Shown: positions 50,277-63,090, counted from the first letter of the stretch. The stretch: 64,000 nucleotides of DNA from Octopus bimaculoides (GCF_001194135.2 NC_068988.1:66260263-66324262); one strand, 5' to 3'. Program-made: numbers and translations. Notes: a model not told the origin generated them from the letters alone.

Positions 50277-51634
50277 ACGATGGTCGGCTGAAAAGTTCAT
50301 GGTCTACCCATGCTGCTCCCATACTTTTATTTTTCAACATAGTACCCCTTGCGGTGCATAAACGTCTATTAGAGTTGCAGCGCTGAGATCCCATTGCTGA
50401 AGAAGCTTTTATCCTGTTGGTCAAATGTGTGGCTGTGTGGTAAGAAGTTTGCTTCCCAACCACATAGTTCTTTATTCAACCCCACTGCGTGGCACCCTGG
50501 GCGTCTCCTACTGTAGCTTCGAGTTGACCAAACTTTATGAATGGATTTGGTATACAGAAACAGAATGAAGCCCATCGTATATATATATATATATATATAT
50601 NNNNNNNNNNNNNNNNNNNNNNNNNNNNNNNNNNNNNNNNNNNNNNNNNNNNNNNNNNNNNNNNNNNNNNNNNNNNNNNNNNNNNNNNNNNNNNNNNNNN
50701 NNNNNNNNNNNNNNNNNNNNNNNNNNNNNNNNNNNNNNNNNNNNNNNNNNNNNNNNNNNNNNNNNNNNNNNNNNNNNNNNNNNNNNNNNNNNNNNNNNNN
50801 NNNNNNNNNNNNNNNNNNNNNNNNNNNNNNNNNNNNNNNNNNNNNNNNNNNNNNNNNNNNNNNNNNNNNNNNNNNNNNNNNNNNNNNNNNNNNNNNNNNN
50901 ATATATGCATGTATAAGTATGTATATATATATGCGTGCGTGTGTGTGTGCGTGCGTGTGTGTCTTTGTGTTTGTGTCTGTCACCCCACCACCGCTTGAGA
51001 AAAAGTATTGGTGTATTTATGTCACCGTAACTTAGTAGTTTGGCAAAAGAGACCGATAAGTAAGTCCCAGACTTAAAAAGTAAGAGCTGGAGTCGAGTCA
51101 TTCGACTAAAAGTTCAAGGTGGTGCCCCAGCATGGTCGCAATCTAAAGACTAAAATAAATAAAGGAACAGCAGATATGACGTTATCATCACTGCGATAGT
51201 GGTGCTCAGCCAATTGTTTTTTCTTACGTCAGGGAGCAGACGATAGTCAGATGATTCTAAATTAGGAAAATAGGGAGGTTCATTAACCAGTTGAAAGCCA
51301 TCATCACGCACAGCAACTATTGGCACCAGGGACTTGTATGCTGGAGCATTTCCTAATGAAACAAAACCCGTTTCGTCAGTTTTCCCAGACGTGTTGTCTT
51401 AACAGTCTTTCGTTAATACTTTAGTACGTCGATATAGCCCTCTCGATTGCTGGTGTGGTCCTTATGAAGATAGTTAGTAAACGCAATGACATTTGCATCC
51501 CCAAAAACTGAGGCCATCTCTTTTCTTGCAGACGAAACGACATTGGGCCTTCTTTGGAGTAGGTGAGGAGAGGTGTTTCCACTGCATGGATTATCACTTT
51601 GTCTCTGACACAAATTAATGAACCCAACCCACAT
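50277..51634 (-). mobile_element. Second mariner transposon relic (3' half plus TIR), interrupted by a family-B SINE
   Basis: 51634-51166: SSARKEMASVFGDAN..NYLHKDHTSN..RVLFH*/NAPAYKS..GFQLVNEPPYFPNLESSDY..YRSDDNVISAV. It resumes at 50425-50327: FDQQDKSFFSNGISALQL**TFMHRKGYYVEK*. TIR-like ACGATGGTCGGCTGAAAAGTTC at ~50277. Confidence 0.88.
50428..51165 (+). mobile_element. Family-B SINE spanning the 50601-50900 gap, inserted in the mariner
   Basis: gtggctgtgtggtaagaagtttgcttcccaaccacatag...gaagcccatcg(TA)n...gtgtctgtcaccccacc...ggcaaaagagaccgataag...ggtgccccagcatggtcgca. Confidence 0.9.
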
Positions 51635-52384
51635 CCTAGGTTAGGAAACTTTCACGGAAATAGGCTGAATTTACCTCAAACTACGTCAAATGTTCCCGTG
51701 TTATGATAGTACATAGCAACTATAAAAGAAAGTCTTATTGCAGTCGATCGTCTAGTTAGAGTAGACAAATTCATTTACATAAAAGTCTTTCGTATTAAAG
51801 ATAAGAAAGAAACATTGACAAAAGGTCTGACCGGTGTTCCTTTCATCATAAGTTCATTTAATCAAGGCTGATATCACGCAAAACTAACGAACTTACAGAC
51901 AGGATGAATGAAGGAGAGGATCGTCTGAAAGATCTAAATAATCTTCAGAGATCTGAAAGCCTTTGATGTGTCTATATGTTTGAATGTGCAAATGTTTTAA
52001 TACGAAAAGCAAGGGATGAGGTAGTATCTGGTGCAGGAATCACTTTTATTCGGAATAATCACGAGCACGCGCAATTGATATATTTATCATAATATTAAAG
52101 AGAACCAAGGCAGCGAGAAAGAATCCATAGTGCAAAAACACACATAGTGTTATATAATGTCTGTGAATAATGACTCACGAAATACACTCCACAGTGATGT
52201 AAGGAGACGAATTTCAGTTTACAATTGTCTTTCTTTCATTATTTCATTACATCTTAGATATGAACAACTTCAATTTTGACATGTTACATCTCATGGATAG
52301 AAACATACACACATTAGTGTAAACGGGTACAGAAGATCATACTTGTATCTCTATCATTCCCCCTCCCCCTCTCTCTCTCTCACA

Positions 52385-52447
<63 letters not shown>

Positions 52448-53190
52448 NNNNNNNNNNNNNNNNNNNNNNNNNNNNNNNNNNNNNNNNNNNNNNNNNNNNN
52501 NNNNNNNNNNNNNNNNNNNNNNNNNNNNNNNNNNNNNNNNNNNNNNNNNNNNNNNNNNNNNNNNNNNNNNNNNNNNNNNNNNNNNNNNNNNNNNNNNNNN
52601 NNNNNNNNNNNNNNNNNNNNNNNNNNNNNNNNNNNNNNNNNNNNNNNNNNNNNNNNNNNNNNNNNNNNNNNNNNNNNNNNNNNNNNNNNNNNNNNNNNNN
52701 NNNNNNNNNNNNNNNNNNNNNNNNNNNNNNNNNNNNNNNNNNNNNNNNNNNNNNNNNNNNNNNNNNNNNNNNNNNNNNNNNNNNNNNNNNNNNNNNNNNN
52801 NNNNNNNNNNNNNNNNNNNNNNNNNNNNNNNNNNNNNNNNNNNNNNNNNNNNNNNNNNNNNNNNNNNNNNNNNNNNNNNNNNNNNNNNNNNNNNNNNNNN
52901 NNNNNNNNNNNNNNNNNNNNNNNNNNNNNNNNNNNNNNNNNNNNNNNNNNNNNNNNNNNNNNNNNNNNNNNNNNNNNNNNNNNNNNNNNNNNNNNNNNNN
53001 NNNNNNNNNNNNNNNNNNNNNNNNNNNNNNNNNNNNNNNNNNNNNNNNNNNNNNNNNNNNNNNNNNNNNNNNNNNNNNNNNNNNNNNNNNNNNNNNNNNN
53101 NNNNNNNNNNNNNNNNNNNNNNNNNNNNNNNNNNNNNNNNNNNNNNNNNNNNNNNNNNNNNNNNNNNNNTATATATATATATATATATAT

Positions 53191-53337
53191 ACGACAAGCT
53201 TCTACCAAATCTACTCACAATGCTTTGCCCGGACCGCAGTTATAGTAAAAGACACTTCTGAAAGTGCTGTGAAGTGAGACTGAACCCGGAATCCTATGGG
53301 TAGGAGCAAGCTTCTTACCACGCAGACGTGACATGCT
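53191..53337 (-). mobile_element. Family-B SINE 5' part next to the 52448-53169 gap
   Basis: (AT)n then acgacaagcttctaccaaatctactcacaa...tatagtaaaagacactt...gactgaacccggaa...caagcttcttaccac. Confidence 0.8.
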
Positions 53338-54813
53338 TATATACGTTTATCGAATAAACAATCACACTCAATGACCTTGGCTACAGAAGTCAATAAGCTG
53401 TCATTCGTCTATTTCTGTACGTTGTGTGTGTTTATAAATCATTGGCTAAATAACACGCAAAAGTTTACTTCCCATGAACATATACATCATTACTTGTTTT
53501 ATTTTGTCAATACACCAATATTTGTCTGACAATTCAAAGACTTAGTGATTCACGTCAGTGTTTTGTAAATAACTAGGAATGGTAATGCAAATAGATAACC
53601 GGTGGCTATAGACTTGAATAATCAACTTTTACATCGTAATTTTATCGACACAGTCTCTTTGAAATTTCAAATCAAGATCTTACTGTTATTCTACTAATCC
53701 CAAGAAGAATTTCAATGTAGATAAATATAGATATGTTCTTATCCTTATGAGACTTATACTGGTGACTTCTGAAAAATTTTGCAAGCAAAAATACACACGT
53801 AACAAAGTCGCACGCACTGACACACAAGCATAAACACAACACACAGAGTATATATCATATATATATATATATATATATATATANNNNNNNNNNNNNNNNN
53901 NNNNNNNNNNNNNNNNNNNNNNNNNNNNNNNNNNNNNNNNNNNNNNNNNNNNNNNNNNNNNNNNNNNNNNNNNNNNNNNNNNNNNNNNNNNNNNNNNNNN
54001 NNNNNNNNNNNNNNNNNNNNNNNNNNNNNNNNNNNNNNNNNNNNNNNNNNNNNNNNNNNNNNNNNNNNNNNNNNNNNNNNNNNNNNNNNNNNNNNNNNNN
54101 NNNNNNNNNNNNNNNNNNNNNNNNNNNNNNNNNNNNNNNNNNNNNNNNNNNNNNNNNNNNNNNNNNNNNNNNNNNNNNNNNNNNNNNNNNNNNNNNNNNN
54201 NNNNNNNNNNNNNNNNNNNNNNNNNNNNNNNNNNNNNNNNNNNNNNNNNNNNNNNNNNNNNNNNNNNNNNNNNNNNNNNNNNNNNNNNNNNNNNNNNNNN
54301 NNNNNNNNNNNNNNNNNNNNNNNNNNNNNNNNNNNNNNNNNNNNNNNNNNNNNNNNNNNNNNNNNNNNNNNNNNNNNNNNNNNNNNNNNNNNNNNNNNNN
54401 NNNNNNNNNNNNNNNNNNNNNNNNNNNNNNNNNNNNNNNNNNNNNNNNNNNNNNNNNNNNNNNNNNNNNNNNNNNNNNNNNNNNNNNNNNNNNNNNNNNN
54501 NNNATATATATATATATATATAAACTGCAGCATCGTATGATAATGATTCTCTTGTTAAGTATTCTTCTAAGTTTTTTTAATGAAGTTTTTCGGAGTAATT
54601 TAATGGTCTAAAGAGAGGTGGAAAGGTAGCACACGCTCACACACACACACACACACACGCATCCCCACCCCCAAGACACACACGCGCATACACACTATAG
54701 CCTCGTCCCGGGTAAAGAACACACACACTTATATATATAATTATCATCAGTAATTCATAATTCCGTAAAAGTAGCACACTCTAAATCATTAGAACAATAA
54801 TGCATTTAAAAGT

Positions 54814-54978
54814 TTATTGCCAGTCAGAGAGTGACCATTTGTTCCACACTTATAAAGCGCTTAGCTGTATTGTTATAGAGAGGCTACGTGCGTCCGGCCA
54901 CGTGAGTCGGACGAGTCGCCAATACAGCTACGAGCTTTATCGGTGCGAAGCCAATAGTTACTCTCTGACCGACCATAA
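54814..54978. mobile_element. MITE-like element with ~60-bp imperfect terminal inverted repeats
   Basis: Left arm TTATTGCCAGTCAGAGAGTGACCATT..ATAAAGCGCTTAGCTGTATTG (54814-54872) vs the reverse complement of 54920-54978, TTATGGTCGGTCAGAGAGTAACTATT..ATAAAGCTCGTAGCTGTATTG, with a ~47-nt spacer. Confidence 0.8.
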
Positions 54979-55153
54979 CAATTAACCTTATATATATATA
55001 AACAATATATGAGTATATGCATATATATGTACATGTATCTACATACCTTCATCTACATGTACATATAGATACATAACTGGGTACATGACGTGGCAAAAGA
55101 ACAAGGACAAAATGGTAAACAAGGTGCAACAAACAAGCAGGCCACATAGAAAC

Positions 55154-55201
55154 ATCCCCTTCATCAGTTGCCACCATTAAAACTCCGGCGTTTCGAAGAA
55201 T
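55154..55201 (-). ncRNA. Hammerhead-like motif with permuted (type II) core order
   Basis: 5'-AUUCUUC GAAA CGCCGGAG UU UUAAUGGUGGCAA CUGAUGA A GGGGAU-3'. Both core halves are intact, but stems I and III are only 2 bp. Confidence 0.4.
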
Positions 55202-57900
55202 TAAGGCAGTACGCATCGTTAAAATGGTTCTTCCCACGAACACAAATTAAATTGTTTTCGCGGAGGGTAGTGGCGGACGGAAAACAAGACAGGAAAACGA
55301 AACGGTGAATTAANNNNNNNNNNNNNNNNNNNNNNNNNNNNNNNNNNNNNNNNNNNNNNNNNNNNNNNNNNNNNNNNNNNNNNNNNNNNNNNNNNNNNNN
55401 NNNNNNNNNNNNNNNNNNNNNNNNNNNNNNNNNNNNNNNNNNNNNNNNNNNNNNNNNNNNNNNNNNNNNNNNNNNNNNNNNNNNNNNNNNNNNNNNNNNN
55501 NNNNNNNNNNNNNNNNNNNNNNNNNNNNNNNNNNNNNNNNNNNNNNNNNNNNNNNNNNNNNNNNNNNNNNNNNNNNNNNNNNNNNNNNNNNNNNNNNNNN
55601 NNNNNNNNNNNNNNNNNNNNNNNNNNNNNNNNNNNNNNNNNNNNNNNNNNNNNNNNNNNNNNNNNNNNNNNNNNNNNNNNNNNNNNNNNNNNNNNNNNNN
55701 NNNNNNNNNNNNNNNNNNNNNNNNNNNNNNNNNNNNNNNNNNNNNNNNNNNNNNNNNNNNNNNNNNNNNNNNNNNNNNNNNNNNNNNNNNNNNNNNNNNN
55801 NNNNNNNNNNNNNNNNNNNNNNNNNNNNNNNNNNNNNNNNNNNNNNNNNNNNNNNNNNNNNNNNNNNNNNNNNNNNNNNNNNNNNNNNNNNNNNNNNNNN
55901 NNNNNNNNNNNNNNNNNNNNNNNNNNNNNNNNNNNNNNNNNNNNNNNNNNNNNNNNNNNNNNNNNNNNNNNNNNNNNNNNNNNNNNNNNNNNNNNNNNNN
56001 NNNNNNNNNNNNNNNNNNNNNNNNNNNTATATATATATATATATATGTATAAATTTATATATACATACACACACACACACACACACATACACACACACAC
56101 ATATATATATATATGCATATACATATATAATTTTGCGAGCATCTGATATTTGTAGAAGTAATGGAACCCTGTGGTGTATCCTCAGATGTAGAGGACTAGA
56201 TTGAAAGCATAGACGTAAGTGAACTCTCTCCTAGAGTCATCCAAAAGCAACGTGACAATGTTAACCTGGGTGACAGTTAAAGCCTGTTACTCAGCAAAGC
56301 TTATATTCTATTGAAGTGAAACTTCAGCGCAATTTCTATCTACCCAGTTTAGCTCACAAGAAATTGCTGAACCTGAAGTGTATAGTAGAATAGAACCGCC
56401 TAAGATAGAATGCAATGAGTTTGAACCCGTAGTATATCACCATTTTTAACCACGCTGCCATATCCCTACTAATTACCATATTAAATGGCAACCAACACAC
56501 TGTCCAGTCAATCTGATTAACAGGTAATCGAAATGAACTATCAACATTTAAGTATCTATATCAAGGTCATAATTGTGTATCGAACTCTAGGTGTAAATAT
56601 CACCTCGTTGCTCCATCAGCTGACACTATGTAATAATAACTTCTTAAGCCACTGTTATTACTAATGCACGTTCACGCTGTATTTCTAAATATATGAATTC
56701 TATAATTCACTCTGAAAATGAATTAACTTTCTTCCAATATTTCATAATAATATTTCCAATTAAGTCTTATTCACAGTAAAATATTCATTAAATTTATTGA
56801 TGTAGAATAATTTGCGGAAATATTTTAGCATATTTCCTCGTCTATTAACGGTTCTCTACAGCATTCGTCGTTTCCAGTGCTAAGAATTTGAAAGCATTCC
56901 TTCCTTGTTATGTTAATGCTGTAGAGAACAAGGAATATGAAGATTTGACAGATAAAGTAGAGCGTCATTCTAAATATGTTGTAGTATTTAGTTACGTATC
57001 GATTCTTCCTGATTTCAAATCAAGCTGAGATCGCTCTTGCCTTTCAACCCTGCACATTGTTTTACGTTTTTCCTAAAGAAGCATGGTCCTACTACGTTTG
57101 TGTGTTAATTCAATAGATTAGTTCCGTCACCTATAAATGTGTAGTCTTTTACCTAAATAAGAATAATTTAGATAAGACAGAGACACACAGAGACAGACAC
57201 ACGCACACATATGCATACACATACTCACACACACACACACACATGCACGCATATATTCACACGCACACACATGTTCTTCACCAACAATTTCGTTTCCTCC
57301 ATATTACGATAATTCTAAACATGATTTATAGAAAGACGCAAATATGTTTTTAAACGTTACTACCGCTATCTTACGAAAACATTCCAATTGCTGGAATAGA
57401 TGTTATTTAGAATTCTTCTAAATAATGTATTTATAGTGAACTAATTTAATATTTATGTTATTTTGTGTTTCCATTTCGAATGTTCCTTCAAAATTACTTT
57501 TGCCGCCTCATATTTAGTTTAGGTGACTAATCTCTTTGTATCGATTTTAGTTTTAAAAAGTGAAGACTATTTTCAATGAACCTGTATGTATTGTCCAATT
57601 CCTTGCGATCTGCTTGTCATGTGTAATAGCTCTGCCAACTGAGAACAAACAAAAGGTGAATTCAAACCCCAAAATATAAAACTGTTTTAGGCTTTAGTCA
57701 GAGTAAGAGGGGCAGCAACAACCATGATTTTGCAGTGAGTCTTAGAAGTGCTGTTGGAGGAAACCATGATTGATTGATTACTCTCAGACCTCAGAGTTTG
57801 TTTCAATGTTTGTAACAGAATCGACTGTATCAAAAGCACATATAAAAGGCAGGCTGTGGTGTTACTGTGGAGACTCATTGAGAATCGATATCATCTATGT

Positions 57901-58114
57901 TTTCAAGTGTGGGCACAAGGCCAGCAATTTTTGAGTGAGGGATAAGTCAAGTAGATCGATGCCAGTGCTCAACTGGTACATGTTTTAATCGATCCTGATA
58001 GGATGAAAGGCAAAGTGGGCCTAGGTGGAATTTGATCTCAGAACGTAAAAACAGACGACATACCGCTAAGCATTTTACGTGATGCGATAACGATTCTGCC
58101 AGCTCGACGCCTTC
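57901..58114 (-). mobile_element. Family-C SINE
   Basis: gggcacaaggccagcaatttt...ggatgaaaggcaaag...ggtggaatttgatctcagaacgtaaaaacagacga..accgctaagcatt...ttctgccagctcgacgcc. Confidence 0.87.
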
Positions 58115-59118
58115 ATCAATTCAAATATTAATCAGCTAAACATAATCCTAATACTCCAAAAATTTTATCCGCGAATATCCTAGTGATACTTATATCTTAC
58201 TTGAAATACGAACGTGTTGAAGTTGATGATATCACGTACCGCCTGAGTAAGCTTCTTCTTCATATACCAGAACGCAACAACAGTTAGCGAGGTAATAATG
58301 AGTTTACAGCAGCCTCACCTCGCCGCCACTCAGTCGCTAATGCACACACACACACAAATGTCAAGACAAGCTCTGATCATGAGTTCACAGAGTATCATTA
58401 GGCGGTAGTCTGATTTAACCAGGTGTCGCAATACTCTGAGTTGGTGTATTAAACATCCCATAACCACATAACTACCTGTACTCACTAACAAAAACATTGC
58501 TATAGCAGTGTCAGATCGCAATATCTACTGTTAATACATACACCACCACCAAACATAGGTGCCTGCGTGTGTGTGCACACATCCTTAGATATGTACATAA
58601 TGTATGCTTGTTTGTTTTGTAGATGTGTGTGTGTATAATCTTTCGAAGATGTTTCGTGTTTTCTGCTACTGAAGAATCGTCAGTAAAGATGTAACTCTCA
58701 AACTTTAAGTGATGACGGCGTGATCCGTTAAGCGCAAAAGTTTTGTTGTTTCACCGAAGATGGAAAATAAAACTGATATGATTGTAAAGGGACTTAATCA
58801 AACATGGAAACAAATGCTTCAAATATTTCATTTTTGATGCACAGAATCTACCAACTCACACCTATTTGTAATCGCCTGGACAATGAATCAATTTTTACAC
58901 AAAGTAGATAGTATGCAGTATGATACATTTTATTTCATTACTCATTAATTTTAGCATATATTTTAAATGCAGTTTGGTTATATGGGTGTCATGTGATATT
59001 CCTATTTACAAAAACTCTCAAATGAATAAATAGGAGTTGATTAATATGTGGTGAAGTCCTGCTTTTGTTATCTGGGAAATACTGGCTTTAAAGAAGTTTC
59101 AGATCCTAACCTCCCACG

Positions 59119-59159
59119 ACATAGCAAATTTTCAAGTAATACTTGAAAATTTGCTATGT
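59119..59159. repeat. Perfect 20-bp inverted repeat with a 1-nt spacer
   Basis: ACATAGCAAATTTTCAAGTA-A-TACTTGAAAATTTGCTATGT. Confidence 0.97.
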
Positions 59160-60836
59160 TCTTTGTTTTAGCCATAAATATCAGAGTCGTTGGACAGTAT
59201 AACAAAAGAAGAATGAAATGAAAAATGTAAAATAGTCTTTAAAAAAACTGTCGAAAAGATAATGCAGAGATTAAAGTGTAAACGTTGATGTAGTTCACCG
59301 ATACCCTGACATTTTTTATGAATCGCATGACTATGGAAAACTCCATAGAATTTAGGAAAAAAATTGTGAGGAAACCTATCTCTGAACAGAGATTATATAC
59401 CAAAATATATTCTTATCATTTAATATAAATTACAAAATAACATATCGAATTACATATATTATTCAGGAATTCGCAATGATAAAAGCTTTGTAAAGAAATC
59501 TAGACGCAAAGTAATGTATAGTTATTTCGTCTATTTTGAACGGAAATACAAGTGCACACGCAAAAACAACATGTAATATGTTATGGATAGAGCAGACAAA
59601 AATTATGCATCTCTCAGTACGAAGTTAGTAGAATTGATCTATATTAATGGAATTATTTACGATTCCGCATTTCTTTCTGTTAGCTGCAATCAGTTAAAGT
59701 AACTGAAGACTATCTCTGGTATGTATGTATGTATGTATGTATGTATGCATATGCGCATAATATATATATATATGCGTGTATGTGCATATATATATATATA
59801 TGTAAATATATATATATGTATGTATATATATATATGTGTGTGTATGTATGTATGCGTGTATGTATGTATATGATGTAAATATATACACGTGTGTGTATGA
59901 CAATATACATACATACGTAAACACATACATATGTTCGGCCGCTGAATGAAAACATTGTTTGTAAATTGTTTGTTGTGAAGTATTGATATATTCACACTAT
60001 AAGACATTTGTTTTCCTTCCTTGGTAATTTATTAAAAAAGTCTGTTGTTTGTGATTACAAATAACTACGTCTACTTCTTTAAATCTATTTATATTGAGCT
60101 GCAATTTTACTTACCTAGAGCGTTTACAGAGAAACAATGTAATTCTATTTTTAAAAGTTTCACTTATTGTCGTATGCTTAGTTGTCACCTTTAATTCTCA
60201 AACTAATAAGTATTTGATTTTTAGGAACAGCTCATTCTGCTAATACAAATAGTAAATCTTATGTAAACTTTCAAAAAGTTAATTGTACTGCGTCCATCAA
60301 TTATCTGTTTGCACGGATGTAGTTTTTATTATTGATTCTATAGTTACCGTGTTTACATTCACTATAAGTTGATTTATAGATCTCTTACTGGAATGCTGAA
60401 ATATTAATTAATTTCTTGTAAGATTTCTTAAATTTTAGATGTTTTGATAAATTGCCGATTGATATTCTCAGTTTTAGGCGATAGCGTTTGTTTTTGTTTC
60501 ATACATATCTTTCCTTCACGTGTCTTCTCACCTTAGGTATCTCGAGAGATTTTCTGTAGAGATTATAACTAGCACTGATTTGTTACGACTTTTCGCATCC
60601 GTATGATATAAGCAACAAGGAGATCGAAAATGGAAAAATAGGTAATAGGTGTATATTCATATTTCAAGAGTCCTTGCTCCTTTATCATCAGCACCACATC
60701 CGACCCATCCACGAACTTATCGCTTAAATAGCCCCTAAATACAGCAGTCTAACGTTATTGAATATACCAAATTTACATATTAAACACATTCCTGGCAGCT
60801 GGTACGTACATGTTAATGACTTGTTAGGGACATCGT

Positions 60837-61201
60837 GTGGAGGCCCAATGGCCCAGTGGTTAGGGCAGCGGACTCGCGGTCATAGGATCGCGGATTTGAT
60901 TCCCAGACCGTGCGTTGTGAGTGTTTATTGAGCGAAAACACCTAATGCACTACGAGGATCTGGCGGGGGGCGGGCGAACCCTGCTATACTCTTCCACCAC
61001 AACTTTCTCTCACTCTTACTTCCTGTTTCTTTTTCAAATGGTCAGCCTTGTCACACTGAATATCCCCGAAAGCTACGTTAAGGGTACACGTGTCTGTGGA
61101 GTGCTCAGCCACTTGCACGTTAATTTCACGAGCAGGCTGTTCCGTTGATCGGATCAACTGGAAACCTCGACGTCGTAAGCGACGGAGTGCCAACAACAAC
61201 A
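60837..61201 (+). mobile_element. Family-A SINE, full length with small deletions, (CAA)n tail
   Basis: GTGGAGGCCCAATGGCCCAGTGGTTAGGGCAGCGGACTCGCGGTCATAGGATCGCGG...GACGGAGTGCCAACAACAAC. Confidence 0.93.
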
Positions 61202-61254
61202 GGGACCCCGTATTTCGTTGTGCAACCATTATATACTACAAAATATATTATTTT

Positions 61255-61437
61255 CTACTCTAGGCACAAGGTCCTAAATTTTTTGGGAGGGGGCGGGGCA
61301 GTCGATTAGATCGACCCCGAAGAGATGGAAAGTAAAGTCAACCTGGGTGGAATTTAAACCCAGAACGTAAAGACAGACGAAATACCACGAAGCATTTCAC
61401 CCGGGGTGCTAACGTTTCTGCCAGCTTGTCGCCTTAT
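61255..61437 (-). mobile_element. Family-C SINE with an internal deletion
   Basis: ctactctaggcacaaggtcctaaattt...cagtcgattagatcgacccc..aaagtcaacctgggtggaattt...gtgctaacgtttctgccagcttgtcgcc. Confidence 0.85.
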
Positions 61438-61951
61438 AATACAAAATATATTAAACGCTTTATAAGTCAATATTGCGTTTTACTGGTATAATTGGTATAT
61501 CGAATAATGTTACACCGCTATATTTAGTAACAATTTAAGTAATGAGTTCGTGGATGTTTAATGAGTTGAACGTATTACTAAAGAAGGAGCAAGAACTCCT
61601 AATATATGCATACACACCCATTACCAACATTTCCATCTTCGATCGCATTGTTGTTTGCATTAGACTTCGTAGCAAATCAGTACTGGCTATAATTTCTATT
61701 GAAAACCAGTAGAGTTAACCTTAAAATGTAAACTATATTTGTTTTCAAACTAAAAGTAACCTACCAATAGTAGATCTCCGAATTTCTTTATACCGAATTC
61801 AGATAATTTAGAGTTGTATTTTTGATATTTCGTGAAGTGATTTATTAAATACCCGTAATGTACTGGTTTGATTCAATAAACCATACAGTCCACTATAGCT
61901 AATCTCCATATCAAAGACAAAAGAATATATGCTAACTTATAGCTTATAAAC

Positions 61952-62105
61952 GCAGGCGTGACGATATGGTGAGAAGTCTGCTTCTCAACCACATGATTCC
62001 AGGCTCAGTCCCACTACGTGGCAGAATAGGCAAGTGTTTTCTATTATAGCCTCGGTTCAACTAATGTGTTGTGAGTGAAGGAGTTTTGGAGAGAAGGAGC
62101 CCGTC

Positions 62106-62147
<42 letters not shown>

Positions 62148-62358
62148 ACGCGCTTGCACGCGCGCTTTTGTACCAGTGTTTGTATCCTACAACCGTTTAG
62201 ACAATCGATATTGGTGTTTTTACACCTCAGCAACATTTGCGGTGGTATCAGGCTTTAAATTAAATAAGTGCTGTACTAGAATCATTCGAATAGAAATTCT
62301 TTAAGGTGATACTCCAACGTAGCCGCAGTCTAATGACTGAAATAAGTAAAAGATAAAA
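61952..62358 (+). mobile_element. Family-B SINE, diverged, internal (TG)n
   Basis: gcaggcgtgacgatatggtgagaag...aaccacatgattccaggctcagtcccactacgtgg...agcccgtcg(TG)n...gccgcagtctaatgactgaaataagtaaaaga. Confidence 0.82.
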
Positions 62359-62512
62359 GGTATATGATAGAGGTGTCAATCTCATCTACTCTTAATCTCT
62401 GTCAAGCTCTTCGTCCGGTCATTTCAGCCAAAGACTTCTTACAAACTTTAATACTTGAAGTTTCGTAACTGAATGCTACTCTTTTTCTCTCGACCAATAT
62501 CTATCTCAAACA

Positions 62513-62712
62513 GGGCGGTGTGCTGGCAGAATCGTTAGCATGCCTGTTAAAATGTTCAGCGGCATTTTGTTCGATTTTACGTTGTGAGTTCATATTCCGC
62601 CGGAGTCGACTTCTCTTCTCAGCCTTTCAGGATTGATAAAATAAGCACCAGTTGGTGTAATCGACTTACCCGCTACTCGGAAACTGCAGATCTTGTGCCA
62701 AAATTAGAAAGT
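62513..62712 (+). mobile_element. Family-C SINE upstream of the third exon
   Basis: gggcggtgtgctggcagaatcgttagc...gagttcatattccgccggagtcgac...gataaaataagcaccag...taatcgacttaccc...cttgtgccaaaattagaa. Confidence 0.87.
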
Positions 62713-62833
62713 GATATCTGTTTCAAATCAGAAAAATAGGACAGCATGTCCCCTTCCTTACAACGAGTCTCATTTCATGATTGTAACCTATTTCACTAGC
62801 ATTTGACAATTAACTATAATAGTTTTAAGCTTC

Positions 62834-62874
<41 letters not shown>

Positions 62875-62951
62875 AAGAAGTGTTATTAACATGCATGTAT
62901 TTTGCTTATTTCATTTTGATCACCGCTTAGTATTTCACTTTTATTCAATAG

Positions 62952-63090
62952 GTTGTCGCAAACTACTATGGGAGAACAAAAAAGTATGAACCTGTTCTGA
63001 ATAAAAAGATTCATTGGCCAGGTGGTTGGCAAACTGCACCGCCAGATACACCAAAATGTGGCTTTGATGGTTCTAAATGCCCCCCAGACC
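62952..63090 (+). CDS. NPR1-like: Third coding exon (139 nt, phase 0 to 1), juxtamembrane end of the extracellular domain
   Basis: Acceptor ttttattcaatag|GTT, donor GACC|gtaagt. Translates to VVANYYGRTKKYEPVLNKKIHWPGGWQTAPPDTPKCGFDGSKCPPD, with the WP..PPD.PKCGF...C juxtamembrane cysteine pair of natriuretic-peptide-receptor guanylyl cyclases. The gene continues beyond both window edges. Confidence 0.95.

Noticed and set aside
58658-58700. CTGAAGA-ATC...GAT-GTAAC hammerhead-like pattern
   Set aside because: GAAA is replaced by GTAA and the stems are only 3 bp; compatible with chance.
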